Source: an uncultured Rikenellaceae bacterium (GTDB lineage: Bacteria > Bacteroidota > Bacteroidia > Bacteroidales > Tenuifilaceae). From it: a stretch of DNA of 11,819 bases. Under the pieces are notes generated by a model. The model saw only the letters and a list, made by a program, of their open reading frames with translations, made no database searches and was not told the origin of the DNA. The translations under genes were made by a program, and so were the position numbers. Positions 6,742 to 11,819 of this stretch are shown here, piece by piece. Where the stretch lies: contig CAZBBA010000102.1 in the NCBI GenBank assembly GCA_964490015.1, positions 1 to 11,819 of the forward strand, in the 5' to 3' direction. Position 1 is the first letter of the stretch, and the number at the start of each line of letters is the position of its first letter.

Positions 6742-6785
6742 AGCCTATTGTTGGTTGAAATTTTGAACAACCAAAAGTAGGCTTT
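6742..6785. terminator. Candidate bidirectional intrinsic terminator between convergent genes
   Basis: A 17-bp imperfect inverted repeat, aagcctattgttggttg / caaccaaaagtaggctt (15 Watson-Crick pairs, 1 G-U, 1 mismatch), with loop aaattttgaa. It is preceded by aaaaa and followed by ttaaaatt, so it is T-rich on both strands. It lies between the plus-strand stop at 6709 and the minus-strand stop at 6931. The stem is AT-rich, so confidence is moderate. Confidence 0.45.
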
Positions 6786-6930
6786 AAAATTGATGTAAAT
6801 TGGATAATACTTTTAAAGTAATAGTTTTATTTAAACTACTGTTGTTTACCCTATTGAATAAACAACGCTAGGTTTAAATATCAATTTTATGGTTTATTTC
6901 GATCATTGTAATATTACTTTTTTAGAATAG

Positions 6931-7908
6931 TCATTTAAAAACATTAACCCCTCTATCACCACCAGCAGTGGCAAATGCCCTAAACATGCCAGAGGTGTTA
7001 AACGATAGATTAACATTTCCGTACTTATCAACAGCAATAATTCCACCTCGTCCATCCACCACCTCGAGTTTTCGGTGAATCACCTCTTCGGCTGCCTTCG
7101 CTAACGATAATCCTTTGTACTCCATTAAGGCCGAGATATCGTGCGCTACGGTATAGCGAATAAAGTACTCGCCATGCCCTGTGGCCGATACGGCGCAAGT
7201 TTTATTGTTAGCATAGGTTCCTGCACCAATTATGGGCACATCGCCAACCCTGCCATAGCGTTTATTGGTCATTCCGCCGGTTGATGTGGCTGCAGCCAGA
7301 TTCCCCTGCTTATCGAGGGCTACGCAACCTACCGTTCCCATTTTCTTATCGCGCTCAAGGGCGCGCTGCAAAGCCTTCCAGCTGCGCTCTGTATAGAAAT
7401 ATGAGCTATCCACCACCTCGGCGCCATTTTGCGAAGCAAAAAGTGATGCTCCTTTTCCTACCATCAACACATGTTCCGATTTTTCCATTACCATTCGCGC
7501 TGCCGAAATGGGGTTTTTGATATCGCCAATTCCTGCAACAGCACCAGCACGTAAATCGGAGCCCACCATTATGGCAGCATCGAGTTCATTTTTTCCATCG
7601 TTGGTGAAAACTGCACCGCGACCGGCGTTGAACAAAGGGCAATCCTCGAGGTAACGGACAACCTGCTCAACGGCATCGAGGCTTGAGCCTCCATTCTTTA
7701 AAATCTCCTCACCAATTAGCAGTGCTGCAGAGAGTTCGGTTTCGTATTGATTAATCTGTTCCTCGGTGTAGTTTTCGCGACTCATTGCTCCGGCTCCACC
7801 ATGGAGGGCAATTGCCCACTCGTTAACCTTATCATTACTGATATTTTGGCACGATGCTAGAAAAAAGAGAGCAACTGTCAGAACGGAATACCATAGTTTT
7901 GTCTTCAT
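6931..7908 (-). CDS. iaaA: Isoaspartyl peptidase / L-asparaginase (Ntn-hydrolase, plant-type asparaginase family), lipoprotein precursor
   Basis: Hallmarks seen: ALHGGAGAMSRENYT, the autoproteolytic nucleophile context KKMGTVGCVALDKQGNLAAATSTGGMTNKRYGRVGDVPIIGAGTYANN, and ATGHGEYFIRYTVAHDI. The track start at 7944 is replaced by ATG at 7908 (MKTKLWYSVLTVALFFLASCQ), a signal peptide plus lipobox (LASC). Confidence 0.85.
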   Translation of the reverse strand: MKTKLWYSVLTVALFFLASCQNISNDKVNEWAIALHGGAGAMSRENYTEEQINQYETELSAALLIGEEILKNGGSSLDAVEQVVRYLEDCPLFNAGRGAVFTNDGKNELDAAIMVGSDLRAGAVAGIGDIKNPISAARMVMEKSEHVLMVGKGASLFASQNGAEVVDSSYFYTERSWKALQRALERDKKMGTVGCVALDKQGNLAAATSTGGMTNKRYGRVGDVPIIGAGTYANNKTCAVSATGHGEYFIRYTVAHDISALMEYKGLSLAKAAEEVIHRKLEVVDGRGGIIAVDKYGNVNLSFNTSGMFRAFATAGGDRGVNVFK

Positions 7909-7991
7909 AATTAGGTTTTGTTTTGGGAATATCTGCATTATCAATACTTGCTGTGGAATTCAAAAAAAACCAACCATTAAAACTTTGTAAT

Positions 7992-9614
7992 CTAAAAAGG
8001 AAAATCATCTGCATCCCATTTTCGTGGTGCATCGTCCATCATCTCGGGTAGATCGGCCACCTGATGCTCAATATTCCCATTCACGTAAATCGCTTTGTAG
8101 GGCTCAGTGGGGCAAGCATACTCGCAGGCGCCACAACCTATGCAGATATCCTCGTTCACTTCGGGAAGTAGCAGTCCCTGCCAAGGTACCATATGTACAG
8201 CTTTTGTAGGACAATGCTCGGAACATGCGCCACAATCGGTTCTATCGACCCGCACTATGCAATTGCCCAGATGGAATTTTACTCGTCCTATCTGGGTTCG
8301 TTTTTTAGTTTCAAGATCAAGAAATCGAATGGCTCCTGTTGGACAAACCTCTCCGCAGATTGTGCACTCAAAATTGCAGAAACCCGAGTGGAAATCCATA
8401 TGAGGCTGCAAAATTCCAAAAAAACCATACTCCTTTATAGCAGGTTGAATAACTTGGGTTGGGCAGGCGGTAACGCACAGATGACAAGCTGTACAAGCAT
8501 TTAAAAAATCCTTTTGATTGTACGATCCTGGCGGGGTTACTGGTGCTAATCGGCTATTTGGCCGATCGCCTGCTGTTGATTTTGGGTTAGATTGATCTGA
8601 ACCATGATTCTGTTTTCTTCTTCTACTCTGTCCAAACCCGCGTCCCTGCGCAATGGATTTCAACGATTGTCCCAATAGCGATGCACCAACCACGATACCC
8701 GTAAAAGTTGTTATAAAACCACGGCGCGAGGTATCGGTCTCAACGGTCGATTTTGGTTTTGCTTTAGAGTAGGCAAACCGGTAACCGATTCCACCCTCCT
8801 TACAGCTACCGATACAGTTATAGCAAGCAACGCAACGAGAAAAATCGATATGACGATTTTTAACATCAATGCAACTTGCCTTGCAATCGCGCGAGCATCT
8901 ATTACAGGCAGTACATGCGCTCTCGTCAATTACCAGCTTAAATATTGAAAATCGTGATATAATGCTAAGCAAGGCTCCAACCGGACAGAATGAGTTGCAA
9001 AAAATTCGACCCCAACGCCAAGCGACAACACTAAGAGTAACCGTTAACCCTCCGGTTATGACAATACCCTGCCAGGGCATACCTTTAAAATCAACATGAT
9101 GAAGGGCATAACTATTAAAGAGACCCAGAATTTTAACCAAAAAATTGTTGGCCTCGTAGTAAACTGGTCGTACTAAATCGGAAAAAATGCGCCCAGCAAA
9201 GCTGTAGGGATCGAGCATATACAGTAGGAACAAGGAGCCCGCTAGAGCTGCTACAACTACCACAACCAAGGTTGAGTATCGAATAATATTCCAGGGCTTA
9301 AAATACTTATATCGAACTCTTTTGGTGCGGAAACGGGCTACGATATCCTGAAAAATCCCCAGCGGACAAATCATGGAACAGTAAACCCTTCCGAAAAGTA
9401 ATGTTAGAAGAGATATGGCGATAAAACCAGTTGCCAGAGTTCCTCCTACCTTAATAAACTTTAAAACCGAAGGCGTAAACTGCAAGTATAACAGGCCATT
9501 CAGAAACCCACTCGAGAAAGTGTTTGAAAAATCGATAAATGCAAAGGCAAAAAGGGAGAAATAGATAATGGCTACAACTGTTCGCAACCAGCGAAGAGAT
9601 AAGATCTTTGACAT
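7992..9614 (-). CDS. Membrane-bound polyferredoxin: NapH/MauN/NosR-like N-terminal module (TM helices + CxxxCP motifs) plus about 6 [4Fe-4S] ferredoxin-type Cys clusters
   Basis: 540 aa. N-terminal hydrophobic helices carry VYCSMICPLG and FCNSFCPVG (CxxxCP). Cys clusters: CTACNRCSRDCKASC, CVACYNCIGSC, CTACHLCVTACP, CNFECTICGEVCP, CIVRVDRTDCGACSEHCP and CIGCGACEYACP. There is a low-complexity R/G/S/Q-rich linker, and an internal RRGFITTFTGIVVGASLLG hydrophobic segment. Confidence 0.8.
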   Translation of the reverse strand: MSKILSLRWLRTVVAIIYFSLFAFAFIDFSNTFSSGFLNGLLYLQFTPSVLKFIKVGGTLATGFIAISLLTLLFGRVYCSMICPLGIFQDIVARFRTKRVRYKYFKPWNIIRYSTLVVVVVAALAGSLFLLYMLDPYSFAGRIFSDLVRPVYYEANNFLVKILGLFNSYALHHVDFKGMPWQGIVITGGLTVTLSVVAWRWGRIFCNSFCPVGALLSIISRFSIFKLVIDESACTACNRCSRDCKASCIDVKNRHIDFSRCVACYNCIGSCKEGGIGYRFAYSKAKPKSTVETDTSRRGFITTFTGIVVGASLLGQSLKSIAQGRGFGQSRRRKQNHGSDQSNPKSTAGDRPNSRLAPVTPPGSYNQKDFLNACTACHLCVTACPTQVIQPAIKEYGFFGILQPHMDFHSGFCNFECTICGEVCPTGAIRFLDLETKKRTQIGRVKFHLGNCIVRVDRTDCGACSEHCPTKAVHMVPWQGLLLPEVNEDICIGCGACEYACPTEPYKAIYVNGNIEHQVADLPEMMDDAPRKWDADDFPF

Positions 9615-9624
9615 GCTATTATGG

Positions 9625-10548
9625 TTATACTCTGATACGTTCTATATTCAACTCGTCCAAATTCATGTTGCCCACACCCATCTCGTGAGCAATTTTTATA
9701 TGGCCAATTTCGGCTGGTTCTACTCCAAAAATCTTTGCAGCAGCAGCATCAGCAGCAACCATATCGGTAGAGATTATAAGCGATTTTTTCATTACCAAAT
9801 CAGCTTGACTCACTCCCCGCGGGCCATTACGAGTCATAACCCTATAGGCATCAACCACATTTAAATCGGGTTTGCGCCAGGTGGCAAAATCGGCAATGCA
9901 CTGGTGTAGATCGTTCCTATGCCAGAAACGTCTATCCCAAACAATGCCCATAAGATTCTTTAAACATATGGTAACCTTAGCAGAGCTATGATGCTTTAGC
10001 ACGGGAACATTGATAAATACATCGGAATTGAGAATAAGCTCGTGAACCTTAGCCTCGGTTAGTCTTTTCCCGTTTGCTATCGTAACTCCCTTATAGTAGT
10101 TCTCGGTGTTGCCGGGGACAATTTTGCCTCCCGCCTTTTTCACAGCCTCCTCAATTCCACTATTGGCATAGCACCTATTCCAGGTATCGCAGGTATTATC
10201 GAATACAAAAACATCTTTTGCTCCAGCCTGTAAGCATTGCTCAACAATTCGTGCCACAAGATGTGGATTTGTATTAGCACCCAGCTCTTCGGGCGTATCC
10301 CAACCAATGTTAGGCTTTACCACCACAGTTTGCCCTCTCTTCACAAACTTTCCCATTCCACCCAAGGCAGCAATTGCCTTATCGAACATTTGGGCTGGCT
10401 CACCTCCCATCACGGCAACCAAATCGAATGGTTTACTGGGGTTTGGCTTACTAGAACTAGCCAGGCCATTTGCGCCACTTACATTTAAAAAGGCACCTGC
10501 CATCAATCCGGCACCTAACCCTTTTTTCAAAAAATCTCTTCGCTTCAT
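9625..10548 (-). CDS. Twin-arginine (Tat) signal-bearing DUF362-like protein, tightly coupled (10 nt) to the downstream polyferredoxin
   Basis: The track start at 10644 is TTG. ATG at 10548 gives MKRRDFLKKGLGAGLMAGAFLNVSGANG, a textbook Tat signal (RRxFLK). The body (VVVKPNIGWDTPEELGANTNPHLVARIVEQCLQAGAKDVFVFDNTCD...) resembles the DUF362 (PF04015) proteins that pair with ferredoxins in Bacteroidetes. This is from memory and not verified. Confidence 0.55.
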   Translation of the reverse strand: MKRRDFLKKGLGAGLMAGAFLNVSGANGLASSSKPNPSKPFDLVAVMGGEPAQMFDKAIAALGGMGKFVKRGQTVVVKPNIGWDTPEELGANTNPHLVARIVEQCLQAGAKDVFVFDNTCDTWNRCYANSGIEEAVKKAGGKIVPGNTENYYKGVTIANGKRLTEAKVHELILNSDVFINVPVLKHHSSAKVTICLKNLMGIVWDRRFWHRNDLHQCIADFATWRKPDLNVVDAYRVMTRNGPRGVSQADLVMKKSLIISTDMVAADAAAAKIFGVEPAEIGHIKIAHEMGVGNMNLDELNIERIRV

Positions 10549-10650
10549 ACGCCTCAGGTCTTTTGTTGATATACATGCATTTGATGAAGATTTTGAATCG
10601 TAGTTTAACCGATATTTGGCATTAAAGATACGAAAAACGCGCAAATAGCA

Positions 10651-10658
10651 TATATTTG
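10651..10658 (+). promoter_or_regulatory. TATATTTG -7-type promoter element upstream of the 10717 gene
   Basis: It exactly matches the Bacteroidetes -7 consensus TAnnTTTG and lies 58 nt upstream of the ATG at 10717. There is no well-spaced TTTG -33 element, so this is a weak call. Confidence 0.3.
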
Positions 10659-10716
10659 TACCCTATTGCTTTACTGCGTATCAAAAAGGAAAAGTAACCC
10701 TCAAAATTCTAAAAAG

Positions 10717-11220
10717 ATGGCATCTATAGCGTTAACTTCCAAGAAAACAATAGGCTACGTAATATTCGACATTCTGGCGTTGGCCTTTATATACTTAGTG
10801 CCTACAATTTCGCATATGCTCAGTTTTCCACTCTATTTGATAGAACCCATGCGCATTGCGCTAATCCTTGCGCTGGTGCATACCACCAAGAGAAATGCGT
10901 ACATAATTGCATTATCCCTTCCATTATTCAGCTACTTGGTGTCGGCGCACCCTGTTTTTTACAAGATGTTACTGATTTCGGGCGAGCTGGTGCTGAATGT
11001 ATGGATTTTCTACTTTTTGCTCGGCAAGACTAAAAACGCATTTTTGTCGATTATAGGCTCAATTATTGCCTGCAAAGCCATCTACTATATGGCTAAGTTT
11101 GTAGCTGTTGCCCTAATTTTTAATTCGGGCGAGGGAATTATTTCCACACCGCTTTACATTCAACTTGCAACAACTATTGTGTTTAGCGTGTATCTTGGGT
11201 TGATGTTTAGGAGAAGGTAG
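10717..11220 (+). CDS. Small polytopic membrane protein (about 5 TM helices); possibly an ECF-type substrate-capture (S) component or similar small transporter subunit
   Basis: The track ORF begins at TTG 10666. The first ATG is at 10717 (MASIALTSKKTIGYVIFDILALAFIYLVPTISHM...), giving 167 aa. The protein is almost entirely hydrophobic helices. The family assignment is a guess based on size and topology only. Confidence 0.55.
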   Translation: MASIALTSKKTIGYVIFDILALAFIYLVPTISHMLSFPLYLIEPMRIALILALVHTTKRNAYIIALSLPLFSYLVSAHPVFYKMLLISGELVLNVWIFYFLLGKTKNAFLSIIGSIIACKAIYYMAKFVAVALIFNSGEGIISTPLYIQLATTIVFSVYLGLMFRRR

Positions 11221-11396
11221 AAGACCGAAGACGGAAGTTGGAAGACAGAAGACACCTGCCTCAGCTTGTCTCAGCTTGTCTCGGAAACCGCTGTCCTTTG
11301 CGGTTAACGAGAGGAACCGCTGTCTTTTGGAGGTTAACGAGAGGATGCGGAGCATAAAGAGAGAAGAGAGAAGACAGAAGTTGGAAGTATACTACT
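11221..11396. repeat. Repeat-rich non-coding segment: GAAGAC purine repeats at both ends, a 10-bp tandem duplication (tcagcttgtc x2), and a ~30-bp tandem direct repeat x2
   Basis: Directly read: aagaccgaagacggaagttggaagacagaagaca at 11221-11254; tcagcttgtctcagcttgtc at 11261-11280; gaaaccgctgtcctttgcggttaacgagag at 11284-11313 and gaaccgctgtcttttggaggttaacgagagg at 11314-11344 (about 87% identical, and the first contains the hairpin aaccgc-N8-gcggtt); gagaagagagaagacagaagttggaag at 11361-11387, which repeats gaagacagaag and gaagttggaag from the left end in permuted order. Confidence 0.7.
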
Positions 11397-11442
11397 CACG
11401 GGGTGACTATTTGCTGAGCAGATAGTCACCCCGTGAGTTTTT
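11394..11442 (+). terminator. Strong rho-independent terminator
   Basis: A perfect 14-bp stem, cacggggtgactat / atagtcaccccgtg (extendable to 17 bp: actcacgggg...ccccgtgagt), with an 11-nt loop ttgctgagcag, followed by ttttt at 11438-11442. It is GC-rich (GGGG/CCCC core). It lies 170 nt downstream of the stop at 11220. The reverse-strand downstream context is not T-rich, so it is unidirectional. Confidence 0.8.
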
Positions 11443-11445
11443 ATA

Positions 11446-11600
11446 TGATTTGAAGATTGCCTGCAGTTGTCCGTAGTACCCTGCCAAAGGTCAGGTAAAA
11501 TGGAAGCGTAAATAATTGGATTGATTGGTTGACCTGCCTGCAGGCTGGTTGATTGCCTACCTGCCGGATAGGTAGGGTTGATTGAGCGATTCAAGAATAA
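11446..11600. repeat. Structured intergenic segment with reiterated GGTTGAT(T/C) motifs and short palindromes
   Basis: ggattgattggttgacctgcctgcaggctggttgattgcctacctgccggataggtagggttgattgagcgattc contains ggttgacctgcctgcagg, ggttgattgcctacctgccgg and ggttgattgagcg as direct repeats. It also contains the self-complementary gcctgcaggc and a 7-bp stem hairpin cctacct-gccggat-aggtagg at 11557-11577. Confidence 0.5.
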
Positions 11601-11637
11601 CTTTAAACCCTAAAACCTTAAACGTCAAACTACTCTC

Positions 11638-11819
11638 CTACCCTCCGTTCTCGTCAATCTCCATTAGTTCGAGCCAGCGCTCGCCCTTGGTATCGAGCAG
11701 GTGAATTAATTCTGCAATACGGTTCGATTTGCCTATCAACTCATCGTGGGGTAGGGTTCCGCTGTTGATTACCGATTCTATCTCGGCCTTTTCGTTCTCA
11801 AGGTTTTCAATCTCTTCCG
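11638..11819 (-). CDS. C-terminal end of a convergent gene (5' part beyond the window); coiled-coil tail resembling an ABC-F family ATPase C-terminus
   Basis: The minus-strand frame reads ...EEIENLENEKAEIESVINSGTLPHDELIGKSNRIAELIHLLDTKGERWLELMEIDENGG* with stop TAG at 11640..11638. The ...ERWLEL... coiled-coil ending is typical of ABC-F proteins (from memory). Confidence 0.5.
   Translation of the reverse strand, partial: EEIENLENEKAEIESVINSGTLPHDELIGKSNRIAELIHLLDTKGERWLELMEIDENGG

Noticed and set aside
8024-9099. Plus-strand ORFs 8024-8209, 8107-8403, 8193-8504 and 8869-9099, and minus-strand ORF 8711-8929, inside the polyferredoxin gene
   Set aside because: They are antisense or alternate-frame ORFs within a 540-aa gene with unmistakable Fe-S motifs.
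9400-9450. Internal twin-arginine-like motif (SRRGFITTF...) in the polyferredoxin, approximate coordinates, as a Tat signal
   Set aside because: It lies about 290 residues into the protein. It is more plausibly a positively flanked TM anchor marking a fusion junction than a cleavable signal.
9568-10603. Plus-strand ORFs 9568-9864, 10237-10488 and 10307-10603 antisense to the DUF362-like gene
   Set aside because: They are fully contained antisense to a supported CDS and show no signal or motif.
10549-10716. Possible riboswitch or leader upstream of the small membrane-transporter-like gene
   Set aside because: There are only about 170 nt, shared with the divergent DUF362 promoter, and no conserved riboswitch core I could recognise (no THI-box, B12-box or FMN-like motifs). 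Only a TATATTTG promoter-like element was seen.
11284-11344. Possible CRISPR-like repeat
   Set aside because: There are only two ~30-bp units. They are directly abutting with no spacers and only about 87% identical, and there are no cas genes. It is a simple tandem duplication, not a CRISPR array.
11113-11594. Minus-strand ORFs 11113-11355 and 11334-11594 across the repeat region
   Set aside because: The first overlaps the 3' end of the membrane-protein gene. Both translate the repeats into low-complexity S/L/R/P-rich text and span the intrinsic terminator hairpin. They are more likely non-coding, though a small protein cannot be strictly excluded from sequence alone.
11446-11640. Possible tRNA or other structured RNA gene in the GC-rich intergenic segment
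   Set aside because: No cloverleaf-compatible arrangement, no GTTCGAATC-type T-loop and no CCA-adjacent acceptor stem were found. The agttcgagcc at about 11666 lies inside the convergent CDS.

Overview
The window looks like a Bacteroidota-type chromosomal segment, judged from MKTK-lipoprotein N-termini, TAnnTTTG -7 promoter motifs, the absence of Shine-Dalgarno sequences and AT-rich intergenic regions; this is inference only. On the minus strand, reading right to left, there is a tetR -> tolC-family outer-membrane channel -> hlyD-family lipoprotein adaptor efflux operon that runs off the left edge of the window. Next come an isoaspartyl-peptidase/asparaginase lipoprotein and a DUF362-like protein with a twin-arginine signal, the latter tightly coupled to a large membrane polyferredoxin. 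On the plus strand there is a small polytopic membrane protein followed by a repeat-rich non-coding tail that ends in a strong intrinsic terminator. A convergent ABC-F-like gene end sits at the right edge. The most interesting part is a markedly AT-rich, tightly packed five-gene plus-strand cluster at 2954-6709. It encodes an SPFH 'virion-core-like' (YdjI/COG4260-type) protein with Gly/Met-rich, polyQ and polyP linkers and a DUF4339/GYF-like tail. With it are a 4-TM protein with a coiled-coil tail, a zinc-ribbon/TPR-like protein, a YidD-domain protein in an atypical context, and a membrane-anchored protein of unknown function. I interpret this as an uncharacterised membrane-associated (possibly envelope-stress) module analogous to, but different from, B. 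subtilis pspA-ydjGHI. No rRNA, tRNA, CRISPR array, transposase or integrase was seen. Several ORF-track entries begin at TTG or at upstream in-frame codons, and I have re-set them to downstream ATGs that expose signal peptides.
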